Shown: positions 7,875 to 16,646 of the stretch, in pieces
How the letters are laid out: every line of letters begins with the position of its first letter
Position numbering within the stretch: position 1 is the first letter of the stretch
Source of the DNA: an uncultured virus (IMG/VR IMGVR_UViG_3300010003_000012)
Taxonomy: Duplodnaviria > Heunggongvirae > Uroviricota > Caudoviricetes
Virus record (IMG/VR): IMGVR_UViG_3300010003_000012
Strand: one strand, 5' to 3'
DNA: 20,000 bases
Notes under the pieces: model-generated
What the model saw: the letters and a program-made list of their open reading frames with translations, nothing else
Told to the model about the DNA's origin: nothing
Database searches by the model: none
Position numbers and translations under genes: made by a program

Positions 7875-7901
7875 TTCCCTATTCCCCTGTCCTTTTTTAT
7901 A

Positions 7902-7936
7902 CTTAAAAAGAGAATCTGTTCGATCCTCTTCTTAAG
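7902..7936 (-). terminator. Intrinsic terminator-like hairpin just upstream of the 189-aa gene
   Basis: Minus strand AAGAGGATC-GAACA-GATTCTCTT followed by TTT; contains a G-U pair on this strand. Confidence 0.6.
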
Positions 7937-7995
7937 CCTAGATGGTGTAGCAGTATTCCCTTTTACGGTCAATACTTTTGTTTTAGAAATTTTTA

Positions 7996-8349
7996 TTAAA
8001 TCTCTAAATGTGGTGCATTATCGTCGACGAATCTTTGCCAAGAGTAGATGCCTATCTTGGATTTGGCTTCGACCGCATTCTTGTACATTCCTTTCAGCGA
8101 AAACCAATTTCCTGCTGACCAGTAAAATTTGTCTTCATGAATGCACGAACCTTCTCTAAAGTAATCTAATTCATCACTCATCTTAAGAGCCTCTTTCACT
8201 TCAGATACTACGATCGAATCAACGTCATCTCCTAGAATTTTCTCAACAAGAATAGATACATCCTTTGAGCTGAGAACCTTGCTCTTGGTTTTTTTAATCT
8301 CCTCAACGACTTCTTTCACGATATTACTTTGATGCATGTAAAGCTCCAT
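7996..8349 (-). CDS. Hypothetical protein (start may be ATG 8337, which has a GGAG RBS)
   Basis: 117-aa ORF directly downstream of a near-consensus promoter. Confidence 0.7.
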   Translation of the reverse strand: MELYMHQSNIVKEVVEEIKKTKSKVLSSKDVSILVEKILGDDVDSIVVSEVKEALKMSDELDYFREGSCIHEDKFYWSAGNWFSLKGMYKNAVEAKSKIGIYSWQRFVDDNAPHLEI

Positions 8350-8365
8350 TTCTGAGGTGTATAAC

Positions 8366-8402
8366 TTGATATAATTATATCAATATCAATTCATATATTC
8401 AA
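8366..8402 (-). promoter_or_regulatory. SigmaA promoter with extended -10, overlapped by a perfect 18-bp palindrome
   Basis: TTGAAT (8402-8397), 17 nt, TATAAT (8379-8374) preceded by TG-N. Palindrome TTGATATAATTATATCAA at 8366-8383. Confidence 0.7.
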
Positions 8403-8440
8403 TACTTTTGTTTAGTAAATAAGATAATACAGGAAAGCAT

Positions 8441-9253
8441 TTACCCAATGCGATCCTGTATTATCTTAACGTTCTTCTCAAATTCTTTTCCACTTCCACC
8501 ACTACCATGAAGTAGCAGTGTCGCCCACGGAACGTCGGCTATGTGCTTTGCAAATTCATTTAACAGCTTTTGATAGCATTGATCATAATTATATGTTGTA
8601 AAAGTGTTATATGTGTCAATTTCATAATAGTTACTTATTTTCTTACAAGATTCTATATCTTTCAAATGCACTTCTTGGATGTTCTTGCGATTAATTCTGT
8701 GTATGAACTCCAAATATTGCTCTTCTTTTTCTTCAATTAAAATATCTACTAACTCTATCGAATCTAAGGTTATTTTATTACTCTTACTAAATTCTATTAT
8801 CTCTTCTGGATACGAAAGGAAAAGTTCTTTATCTTTTGTGTTCTTTGCAAGCACTGGAATTTTATAAATGTCATTCAGCTTATCCATCCAATCATTGAAG
8901 CCTATGGTTTTCACTATTCTTTCATCAGATTTGTTAATATTGTTCAAGTTACTCAATCCATCTCTAGATACTGGAGTCAATGTGAGCGCCAAGACATCTG
9001 CTCCAAACGCTTTAAGACTTACTATAGCATCTTTTACATCATAAATTTTTTCTGCTTTTAGTATATCGTCCAAGAAGTTTTTATCCTCTTGTTTTTGTAC
9101 GTTGTCCAAGAATAATATAATAGGTTTATCTATCTTTAACTCAAAATAAGTACGGACTATATCTGTGGCATTTAAACCAGTTATATCTAATTGAACATAA
9201 TTCGCTAGACTAGAAACTCTTCCTCTCCCTTTATATCGTTGACCAAACATCAT
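8441..9253 (-). CDS. AT-rich hypothetical protein with a C-terminal P-loop-like motif
   Basis: The ORF is open to 9334, but ATG 9253 has an AAGGTG RBS. It ends in LLLHGSGGSGKEF; start uncertain. Confidence 0.6.
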   Translation of the reverse strand: MMFGQRYKGRGRVSSLANYVQLDITGLNATDIVRTYFELKIDKPIILFLDNVQKQEDKNFLDDILKAEKIYDVKDAIVSLKAFGADVLALTLTPVSRDGLSNLNNINKSDERIVKTIGFNDWMDKLNDIYKIPVLAKNTKDKELFLSYPEEIIEFSKSNKITLDSIELVDILIEEKEEQYLEFIHRINRKNIQEVHLKDIESCKKISNYYEIDTYNTFTTYNYDQCYQKLLNEFAKHIADVPWATLLLHGSGGSGKEFEKNVKIIQDRIG

Positions 9254-9804
9254 TGAACACACCTTACTCTCACGAGAGATTTTCAAATCACAATATTCTA
9301 AGCTGATCATTTCCAAACACTTTATATCTAGCATATGAAATACTGAATATACGAATTCAAAATGTCAAACCTTTGGCATTTATACGAATATCAGTACTGT
9401 TTGGTGTCATATTATTTTTTGGCTCAGCTTATTAATTATGTAGATGAGAGAAATAGCTCGTGTAATATGAATAATTTTACCTTTTTTAACGATCATAAAA
9501 AACATACTCTTTTACTATGCACTCCCCTCGTATTAAAACGTGATTCAAATACATTGTAATAAAGTCATAAACTCCATTAAAACATAGAACTATTAAAATA
9601 GTTATGAAATGCACATCATTTTTTAACTAACTATCAATGATATAAAAATACAATACTACAGACTATTTAATCACATTTTTTAAATACTATGTAGTAATAC
9701 ACATAGATAATTACTATATTATACATCTAATATAAAAATATGTAAAAAACAATATATATAAATTTTCTTTTTCCTTTACTTCTTTATTCTAACTATTTAA
9801 TGAG

Positions 9805-9849
9805 AAAATCGATACCCTTTCATTCAGAAAGAGTATCGATTCTTTTTTT
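9805..9849. terminator. Likely bidirectional intrinsic terminator after the lipoprotein gene
   Basis: Arms AATCGATACCCTTT / AAAGAGTATCGATT with T-runs on both strands. Confidence 0.7.
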
Positions 9850-9858
9850 ATTCTAAGT

Positions 9859-10419
9859 TTATTTCTTAAGTGATGCCAGTTCTTTTCCAGTTACCTTATG
9901 TTCTTCTTTTACGTTGTCATCTTTGTACGTTACATTCACTACGTCGCCTACGCTATATTTTGATTTATCAAAAGCGTATCCGCCACCTTTGCGATCTAAA
10001 GGCGAAGCAAAATACCAACCATCTTTTTCTTTAGTCGTAATTAAGAAGTTTTCTGTTTTATATCCTGAAAGAGTATCGATTCTCTTACTAAACAATCTTT
10101 CAACAAGAGCCAGTTCTTTTCCGACTACTTTATGTTCTTCCTTTACGTCGTCATCTTTATATTTTGCGCTAACAACGTCTCCTACATTGTACTTCTTCTT
10201 GTCGAATGCGTATCCACCGCCTTTTCGATTGATTGGCGGAGCAAAGTACCAACCATCCTTCTCGTCTTCAGTGATTAGGAATATCTCTGTCTTGTATCCG
10301 TCTGATTTATATACGTGCTGATCGTGATTTTTATTTTTTGATGAATCTGTGAGAGAGTTGGATGCACAACCTGCCATTAATAATCCTGCCAATACAACGT
10401 TTACGACTGCTTTTTTCAT
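9859..10419 (-). CDS. Lipoprotein with two tandem ~70-aa repeats
   Basis: Signal peptide with lipobox LMAG-C. The unit GYKTExFLIT..EKDGWYFA.P..RKGGGYAFDK.KY.VGDVV...YKDD.VKEEHKV.GKELA starts at aa 41 and aa 119. Confidence 0.85.
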   Translation of the reverse strand: MKKAVVNVVLAGLLMAGCASNSLTDSSKNKNHDQHVYKSDGYKTEIFLITEDEKDGWYFAPPINRKGGGYAFDKKKYNVGDVVSAKYKDDDVKEEHKVVGKELALVERLFSKRIDTLSGYKTENFLITTKEKDGWYFASPLDRKGGGYAFDKSKYSVGDVVNVTYKDDNVKEEHKVTGKELASLKK

Positions 10420-10491
10420 TTTAAATTCCGCCTTTTCATAGTTAGTTTTTTTTGTTAGTTTCTACATTTTTTAATGGTCAATAATTAATAA

Positions 10492-11409
10492 TTACTCTTT
10501 GATTTGCACTGGAATGTTTGAAATATCTTTCATGACTTGAGCCTTTTTTATCGCATCCTCACGACTAGATGAACTTGTAATATCAAACAATGTATTACCA
10601 TTTGTATGAAGAGTTTTTTCTCTCACCATCCATGTCTTTTGCGCTCCAATGCCAAATGATTCAATTTCGATTGTCTTCATTAATGGATGAGATTTTTCTC
10701 CCTTCGTAAATACATGATTGAAGTATTTTAAATCGAACGTATTGTTCCAGACATCTTCGAGACTCAAGCAGGCTTTCTGACCATGAATACCATTAACTTC
10801 GCATCTAGCCTCAATTCCATACTCGTCGATATACTTCATCACCTCATCACGAGTGAAGTATTTCAACTTAATCCATTCAAAGTTACTGATGATGTCATCG
10901 ATAATTTTCTCTGCGAGATGCTTTGGAAGCTTTTCGAGATCGCTAGAGCGGATAATTTTTTTCTCTTCAACCCAATCAATTTCTTTTTCACCTGTCGTAC
11001 AATACTCTCCGGCTTCGTAGTTGAGAGCCTTCTCTTTCGGATCAATACTCATTTCTCCATTCACAGGAACATACATATCGTAAGCGAGATTTTGATGGAA
11101 ACTGATACTCACCTCATAGGACTCGACTCCATCGATCATGTGAGTTTTCTTATCAACCCAACATGAAGGAGTGAGGATACTGTATTCTCGCAACATCGTT
11201 TCTTTTGAAACAGAATCTTTTTTTCCGTGATTATTTACTGCATCCCATGCATAGTCATCTGTGTAATGATAGGCACATTTTATTTTCAAGAATTCACCTC
11301 GCTCGATTGCCCGTCGAACTACATCTTGTCGTACCGTAGCGGAGTAGCGATTTTCTTTTCCTTCGATTTTCGCCAATGCCTTTTGGATAGAGTTGATGAT
11401 TTTTTTCAT
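10492..11409 (-). CDS. Multidomain hypothetical protein; N domain paralogous to 14680-15285
   Basis: Start MKKIINS at 11409 (RBS GAGGA inside the repeated leader). Shares the ERGEF..I....P.CWV...T..IDGVE.YE..ISFH.NLAY..YVP motif. Confidence 0.8.
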   Translation of the reverse strand: MKKIINSIQKALAKIEGKENRYSATVRQDVVRRAIERGEFLKIKCAYHYTDDYAWDAVNNHGKKDSVSKETMLREYSILTPSCWVDKKTHMIDGVESYEVSISFHQNLAYDMYVPVNGEMSIDPKEKALNYEAGEYCTTGEKEIDWVEEKKIIRSSDLEKLPKHLAEKIIDDIISNFEWIKLKYFTRDEVMKYIDEYGIEARCEVNGIHGQKACLSLEDVWNNTFDLKYFNHVFTKGEKSHPLMKTIEIESFGIGAQKTWMVREKTLHTNGNTLFDITSSSSREDAIKKAQVMKDISNIPVQIKE

Positions 11410-11457
11410 TTTAAAATTCCTCATTTCATAGTTTTATTTTGCAATACTTTTCTTTAG
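11410..11457 (-). repeat. Modular gene-leader repeat (junction motif fused directly to the RBS module, no hairpin)
   Basis: Minus strand CTAAAGAAAAGTATTGCAAAATAAAACTATGAAATGAGGAATTTTAAA-ATG. Confidence 0.7.
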
Positions 11458-11464
11458 TTGTATT

Positions 11465-11905
11465 TTAAAAGATGCGTTGAAATGTTCTAACTATCGACTC
11501 ATCGATTAATTCAATCTTCATGTATCCATCTGTAAATACGTTCATGTAAACATCGTGCAGATTCAATTTATCTGAATGTCTTACAGTATCCTTGTTTTCA
11601 CTGTAAATTTTTTTCACCTCTGCTAAATCTAGACTCGCAATACGTTCCTTTACTTTATTCTCATCTTCAACCTTAAGCTTATCTCTCTTTCTCATCTCGC
11701 TAATGCGATTTAGTTCAAGCGCTAGATCCTTTGATACTTCTATGAAATCCTTTACACCCTTGATGTAGTAGGGAGTTTTCGAACCTGTCTCAAGATTTTC
11801 TTTCACCATGCTTTCAAATGCTAGGTGAGGATTATTATTATTTAACAGCAAATAGTACTTGGCATCGTCACGCATTAAATTCATTTCGCTTTTTGTTCGT
11901 CTCAT
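11465..11905 (-). CDS. Hypothetical protein
   Basis: 146-aa ORF, RBS GAGGTG, 1 nt from the upstream stop. Confidence 0.75.
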   Translation of the reverse strand: MRRTKSEMNLMRDDAKYYLLLNNNNPHLAFESMVKENLETGSKTPYYIKGVKDFIEVSKDLALELNRISEMRKRDKLKVEDENKVKERIASLDLAEVKKIYSENKDTVRHSDKLNLHDVYMNVFTDGYMKIELIDESIVRTFQRIF

Positions 11906-11906
11906 A

Positions 11907-12740
11907 TTAAAGCACCTCTTCTTTTTTTATTCTGCATCGTGTAAGCACAGTCTGTTTTTCTTCTCGGAACGTCGAATGCTCTTTGATTGTTCCTTTTACC
12001 TTTACCGTAGAACCTTCTCCATACATGTGTGCTAAGTCTGACGATGTTTTCCATACAAAAATATTTCCGTTCTCATCCTTAAGCTTATTGATGCATGAGA
12101 ACCCGTAGAAGCTGTCAATTTCGAATGAGTTGATAATTTTTAATTCTAGATCTAAACGCTGTCCCTCTTCACCGATCCACTTAGATATAGGTTCATCATC
12201 TATTTTTTTCTGTCCCTCTACATACTGAATCACTTCATCATCAAATTTCTCTCTGACTTCTCCGAGATCTCCATATTTAATCAGCTTAGAGACGTCAAGT
12301 TCGACAGTGTCGTATTCTTTTTTATCCTCTGAGAAGTACCATCCGATGACAGCTCCTCCCCACTTAGCATTCTTTTCTTTCAGCTCGTTCTTGATGCTAA
12401 ATGTCTCACCAAGCACAGCAAATATTTTTCCGTTATGATAGCCAATCTTTTCTAGATACTCAGCATTTCTTTTTGGCGCCTCTGCACGAATCGCTTCTAG
12501 TTTCTTTTCTTCTGCCTTCGCTCTCTTTATGCGAAGTTTTTCTTCATGTTCCGAAGTGTAAACTTTTCTAGCAACTACCATGCGACCAGTGCCGTTACAC
12601 TTAAAGCAGGTTTCTCCTGTATATCTCCATGCTTTCGAACCACCTTTCCCACCGCATCTATCGCAGTGGGTTTCAACTGTTTGGTGCTTCGTGCCATTCC
12701 GATCGGTACGCTCTGCTATTATTTTATCTTGTTGAGCCAT
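11907..12740 (-). CDS. Zn-finger (CxxCxGxG x2) plus C-terminal OB-fold-like phage protein
   Basis: Start MAQQDK at 12740 (RBS GGGAGG). Has CDRCGGKG...CFKCNGTG and a C-terminal FVWKTS...VKGTIKEH...KQTVLTRC. Confidence 0.7.
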   Translation of the reverse strand: MAQQDKIIAERTDRNGTKHQTVETHCDRCGGKGGSKAWRYTGETCFKCNGTGRMVVARKVYTSEHEEKLRIKRAKAEEKKLEAIRAEAPKRNAEYLEKIGYHNGKIFAVLGETFSIKNELKEKNAKWGGAVIGWYFSEDKKEYDTVELDVSKLIKYGDLGEVREKFDDEVIQYVEGQKKIDDEPISKWIGEEGQRLDLELKIINSFEIDSFYGFSCINKLKDENGNIFVWKTSSDLAHMYGEGSTVKVKGTIKEHSTFREEKQTVLTRCRIKKEEVL

Positions 12741-12759
12741 TTTATTTCCTCCCATTATT

Positions 12760-13209
12760 TTAATCTAAGAATCCGTTTCCATCCTTGTCAATCTCTACTA
12801 ATCCATAATCAAATCGATATAAAATTTCCTGCATATCTTCGAAGTCAGCTTTTTCAATCTCATCCACTAACTCATCAAATTCTTCGTCATCGTATTCATC
12901 GTCATAATTATTAGCAATATGAGCTTCGAGCCAGTTCTTTGTCTCCTTAAGTGTCTCAATCTCATGGTCTTCGACATTTTTTATGTTGAACTCGTTTACG
13001 TTACGTCTACCTTCGTCATAGCGCATATATTTTTTTTCTTCTTGAACCTCTTCAAAGCTTCCGGTGAATACCCACATCGAGTTATATTCATTTTCATTCT
13101 TGACTCTTACGTCTCCATTCTCAGCAACTTCTGCTACTTCGAATACCTCTCCAATCTTATTTGAATACCAAGTTGGAACAGTCCACTCACTTGTAATTTT
13201 AATTTTCAT
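12760..13209 (-). CDS. Acidic two-domain hypothetical protein; C domain paralogous to 16647-17066
   Basis: 149-aa ORF with repeated leader; very D/E-rich C half. Confidence 0.8.
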   Translation of the reverse strand: MKIKITSEWTVPTWYSNKIGEVFEVAEVAENGDVRVKNENEYNSMWVFTGSFEEVQEEKKYMRYDEGRRNVNEFNIKNVEDHEIETLKETKNWLEAHIANNYDDEYDDEEFDELVDEIEKADFEDMQEILYRFDYGLVEIDKDGNGFLD

Positions 13210-13239
13210 TTTAATTTTCCCCTGTCATAGTTTATTTTG
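13210..13239 (-). repeat. Modular gene-leader repeat (RBS module)
   Basis: Minus strand CAAAATAAACTATGACAGGGGAAAATTAAA-ATG; 13207-13228 is identical to 13968-13989. Confidence 0.85.
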
Positions 13240-13244
13240 ACTAA

Positions 13245-13970
13245 TCAACACTCTGTTACATCAACTAGATAGTACGGTTTGTCAGACTCTACATACTCAA
13301 TGCTCTCAATCATGAAGTCGGAGCCGATAAATGTCACTTCTTTTTCTTTTCTCCATTTTTCTAACTTTTTGTACTTCTTTGTTATCTTGTGAATATCTAT
13401 AGCTTTTTTACTTTCTTTAAGTCTAAGTACAATAGGCTTGAATAATTCACTGGCACAGCTAACATTATTTTCTCTTAGGAGATACTCATCTTGACTCAGT
13501 TCTTTCAGAAGGTCGTCGTTAATATATGGATCAAAGGCAAATCTCTTTGCAATCTTTATTTTTTTTGACCAATGAGTTGAGCCGTGCCATTCTTCTACTA
13601 CCTTGCCAACTGCAAGTAGATTTGTCGGGTAGTTCATACCTCTGTAAAGAATTTTTTCAACTGGTTTCTCTAGTGACATGAGGTATAGTCTTAAATCTGA
13701 ACACAGCTCTCTACTGCCGAGAAAATTATCTAACTCATCAATTAAGTCATCCGTCAAATTATTTATCGATGACCCAACAGCTCTTAAATTGCTCAAGGCT
13801 TCATTGATAGAGTATAAGTTCTCATCATCCTCGTAAAACTCTCCCAAACACACTGGACAGCCACCTGCAAAAGCTCTTTTTCCTTTGACGATTCTGACAT
13901 TCGCTTCATTCCATTCACCTATAAACGTTGACTCTCCGCATCCTGCACATTTTATTTTGATATTTTCCAT
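13245..13970 (-). CDS. Zn-ribbon plus ADP-ribosyltransferase-like (R-S-E) protein
   Basis: N-terminal CAGC...CPVC, then LYRG...STHWS...AKRFA...EKEVTF in ART motif order. Confidence 0.6.
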   Translation of the reverse strand: MENIKIKCAGCGESTFIGEWNEANVRIVKGKRAFAGGCPVCLGEFYEDDENLYSINEALSNLRAVGSSINNLTDDLIDELDNFLGSRELCSDLRLYLMSLEKPVEKILYRGMNYPTNLLAVGKVVEEWHGSTHWSKKIKIAKRFAFDPYINDDLLKELSQDEYLLRENNVSCASELFKPIVLRLKESKKAIDIHKITKKYKKLEKWRKEKEVTFIGSDFMIESIEYVESDKPYYLVDVTEC

Positions 13971-14000
13971 TTTAATTTTCCCCTGTCATTTTTTATTTTT
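13971..14000 (-). repeat. Modular gene-leader repeat (RBS module)
   Basis: Minus strand AAAAATAAAAAATGACAGGGGAAAATTAAA-ATG. Confidence 0.85.
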
Positions 14001-14004
14001 TAAC

Positions 14005-14373
14005 TTAAACTGTTATAGCTCGTTCGAACGCTTCACGCTCACTCATACCCGACTCTACCAAGTGAAGATACTTTATATAATTACTTCCATAGTTGAAGGT
14101 CATGTTTCTTCTCATGTACTCGTTGATAGCAGACTTTATTTTCTTCACATCGAAGAGATGCGTTACATCGTCGGTCACATCAAACTCATCTGTGTTGGCA
14201 CAGTATATTTTTGCATCACCTGATTTTTTATCAATCTCCAAGCGGAATACTTCTTGCGACCATCCGTCACCAACGTATACTGGCTCCGTCTCAAATTCAT
14301 AGCCATTAAATTTTAATTCCGGATGTTCGATTTTAGCCGTTACATGGTTTATTATCTCTGTGAGTCTCTTCAT
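14005..14373 (-). CDS. Hypothetical protein
   Basis: 122-aa ORF, RBS AGGAGAGG, TAATG overlap with the upstream gene. Confidence 0.75.
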   Translation of the reverse strand: MKRLTEIINHVTAKIEHPELKFNGYEFETEPVYVGDGWSQEVFRLEIDKKSGDAKIYCANTDEFDVTDDVTHLFDVKKIKSAINEYMRRNMTFNYGSNYIKYLHLVESGMSEREAFERAITV

Positions 14374-14642
14374 TATTTAACCTCTCCTGTCATAATTTTT
14401 TTGAGTGCTTTTACAATTGCCGTCTGAACATGACTATCATTTAAACCCTTTTCGTACTGATCTAGAATAAACTTCGTTCCAAGTGCATGACGACAGGCGT
14501 CCCATGCTACACGGACGATTAGGACGCCTAGATTGTTATAGTTGTCAGATTTTTTAATAGCCTCGTAATGCGAGGCTATTATTTCTTTCTGACTCTCAAA
14601 TGCATTTGTTACTTTTTCATAATCTACTTTGCTCATCTTCAT
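14373..14642 (-). CDS. Small hypothetical protein
   Basis: 89-aa ORF preceded by the repeated leader. Confidence 0.8.
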   Translation of the reverse strand: MKMSKVDYEKVTNAFESQKEIIASHYEAIKKSDNYNNLGVLIVRVAWDACRHALGTKFILDQYEKGLNDSHVQTAIVKALKKIMTGEVK

Positions 14643-14672
14643 TTTTATTTTCCCCTGTCATTTTTATTTTGG
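14643..14672 (-). repeat. Modular gene-leader repeat (RBS module)
   Basis: Minus strand CCAAAATAAAAATGACAGGGGAAAATAAAA-ATG. Confidence 0.85.
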
Positions 14673-14679
14673 ACGTTAC

Positions 14680-15285
14680 TCAGTCTGTTTCTTCTCCGGT
14701 TTCCATTCCTAGCTCTATACGCCACTCAATCATTTCTTTATGGCTTTCGAATACTCTGTAATCGATTTGCTCAAGGCAGTTCTGCAAGTCTTCATCCTCA
14801 AGATTGGCAGTCATAATACTTTTTTCCAGTGCATGATATTCCTCGACCGTCTCGCACTCAATCATTCCCCAGTTCTCACGAATTACTTCTCGGATATGAT
14901 CAATGCCACCCTCCGACCATTCGCAAGTATCTTGAGCGTTCATGACGATGTAAGTTTTTTCTTCATTTTTCGGAACATAGACGTTGTAAGCCAAGTTTGA
15001 ATGGAAGCTGATATTTATTTCGTAGCACTCCACTCCGTCTATTATTTTTGTGTTCGGCTGTACCCAACAATCAGGAGACAATCCGATGTTGTAGTTATAC
15101 AAAACGGCTTCGCTATCAGACACTTTATTTTGAGTGTCGTGATTGAACACGAGTATTATTTTATGGAATTCACCACGCTCTAAAGATTTTTTCAACGTGT
15201 CTTTCCGGATTGTTGCCACTGCAGGATGACCAACCTTTAATTCTTTTTTCGCCAATACGCTCTCGATTGTTTTTAGGATTTTCAT
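14680..15285 (-). CDS. Two-domain hypothetical protein (N domain shared with 10492-11409; acidic C domain)
   Basis: 201-aa ORF, RBS GAGGAG. Confidence 0.8.
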   Translation of the reverse strand: MKILKTIESVLAKKELKVGHPAVATIRKDTLKKSLERGEFHKIILVFNHDTQNKVSDSEAVLYNYNIGLSPDCWVQPNTKIIDGVECYEINISFHSNLAYNVYVPKNEEKTYIVMNAQDTCEWSEGGIDHIREVIRENWGMIECETVEEYHALEKSIMTANLEDEDLQNCLEQIDYRVFESHKEMIEWRIELGMETGEETD

Positions 15286-15316
15286 TTTCTAACACTCTCC
15301 TCTATTTTTGTTTTGA

Positions 15317-15451
15317 TTACTTCTTGACTGCGTACTTCTCTAAGCCTGCCCAATATTTTTTCTCAACTTTCTTATGCTCCTTGAACAATATTGGAACTAG
15401 AACACCTATAGACATACCTGTGAATAAAGTGACGATGAATGTTAATACCAT
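15317..15451 (-). CDS. Unannotated 44-aa single-pass membrane peptide
   Basis: Below the ORF-track cutoff. MVLTFIVTLFTGMSIGVLVPILFKEHKKVEKKYWAGLEKYAVKK, with the family RBS AAAGGGGAAAATAATC-ATG; it fills the gap between two genes. Confidence 0.7.
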   Translation of the reverse strand: MVLTFIVTLFTGMSIGVLVPILFKEHKKVEKKYWAGLEKYAVKK

Positions 15452-15517
15452 GATTATTTTCCCCTTTGAGAGAGCCATTTCTGACTCTCATGATTTTATT
15501 TTTGCAATACTTTTGTT

Positions 15518-16294
15518 TTAGTGAATTTCAATAGCGACGTTGACAGAACCGACGTAGCACACTTTACACTGTCCACAATCTTTTTCTTTTGGCGTATTCT
15601 TGAATGCCTCACTTGCAGGACATGAGAAGTAATTTTTCTCCTCAAGTTGTCCTTTCGGAAGTGCAGTGAAGACACTCATGCCGACTTCTTCAGTCATCTT
15701 GACGAACTTTTCTTTCGTGTCTTCCCAAATAGATGACTTGAACGTGATGTTCACATTTTCTTTTCCGTACTTCTTGTACATTGCCTTCACAAATGGGAGC
15801 GACTTCGTATATGCCATGAAAACTATTTTTCGGTTGCCTTTAAAGTGATTCGCAATCTGTACCCACTTGTCAGTATATTCACGGTCGTAGAAGTCTCCTG
15901 CTTCGTGAATTCGGAAGAAGATAGTCTTACCCTTATTTTTTTTGCGGTCAAGCTCGAACTGTATCTGCTCAATCATAGACTCCACGAATTCTGCGGATCT
16001 CGAGAATTCTAGATTCATGTCTCGACGCTTCGCCACCGTTGGATACATTTTTTCTGCTTTCAGTGCATAGCATGATGCTTCGCACATCGCTGTACGGTAC
16101 GGACAAGATACGACGCTCGTTATATTCCACTGGTAGAAGCTAACCACCGACGAGTCTTTTAATTTTTTATTCCCTTCACTCAAGCGGAATAGGATGTTAG
16201 TAGCAGGCACAGTTTTTTTGTTTGCCTTCTCCCATTTTTTAGCCTGCACCTCGTTGTTGAATGTTGGTATTATTACGTTTGTAGCTGTTGCCAT
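15518..16294 (-). CDS. GP88-like phage protein (Cys-rich, radical-SAM-like Fe-S motif)
   Basis: GNKKL...CPYRTAMCEASCYA...FFRIHEAGDFY...AYTKS...CPA...CGQCKVC matches my recollection of the phage gene product 88 family. Confidence 0.7.
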   Translation of the reverse strand: MATATNVIIPTFNNEVQAKKWEKANKKTVPATNILFRLSEGNKKLKDSSVVSFYQWNITSVVSCPYRTAMCEASCYALKAEKMYPTVAKRRDMNLEFSRSAEFVESMIEQIQFELDRKKNKGKTIFFRIHEAGDFYDREYTDKWVQIANHFKGNRKIVFMAYTKSLPFVKAMYKKYGKENVNITFKSSIWEDTKEKFVKMTEEVGMSVFTALPKGQLEEKNYFSCPASEAFKNTPKEKDCGQCKVCYVGSVNVAIEIH

Positions 16295-16378
16295 TTTTAA
16301 TTTCCCCTGTCATGTTTTATTTTGGATTCACTAATCCATGAGAGAGACAATTTTTTGTCTCTCCTAGCATGAGTGAAT
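16295..16378 (-). repeat. Full gene-leader element: stem/internal-loop hairpin (16326-16378) plus RBS module
   Basis: ATTCACT-C-AT-GCTA-GGAGAGACAA-AAAA-TTGTCTCTCT-CATGG-AT-T-AGTGAAT, then CCAAAATAAAACATGACAGGGGAAATTAAAA-ATG. Confidence 0.8.
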
Positions 16379-16381
16379 GAT

Positions 16382-16645
16382 TTACCAACTCGTGATACCG
16401 AGATTTTTAATCGGTACACCTAGTTTATTTATCGAGTCCTCAATACGTTTAGCTCGTGATATAGCTTGAGATTTTTTCTCTTCATCGGACATCGTGAAGC
16501 TCTCAATTACCTTTCCTTCTCCCGAGAATATCGTGAAGTAAACGTTATATCCTTCGCCAAATTCTTCTATGCTAACCTCTGCATTTTTTTCTGCGTCGCT
16601 TATTATTTTGAGTGCCTTTTTTACGTCTGCTAGTGATGAATTCAT
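16382..16645 (-). CDS. Small hypothetical protein
   Basis: Start moved to MNSSL at 16645 (RBS GGAGGG, 1 nt after the upstream stop); 87 aa. Confidence 0.75.
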   Translation of the reverse strand: MNSSLADVKKALKIISDAEKNAEVSIEEFGEGYNVYFTIFSGEGKVIESFTMSDEEKKSQAISRAKRIEDSINKLGVPIKNLGITSW

Positions 16646-16646
16646 T

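Noticed and set aside
10863..11045. 60-aa minus-strand ORF
   Set aside because: Nested out of frame in the 10492-11409 gene, with no convincing RBS.
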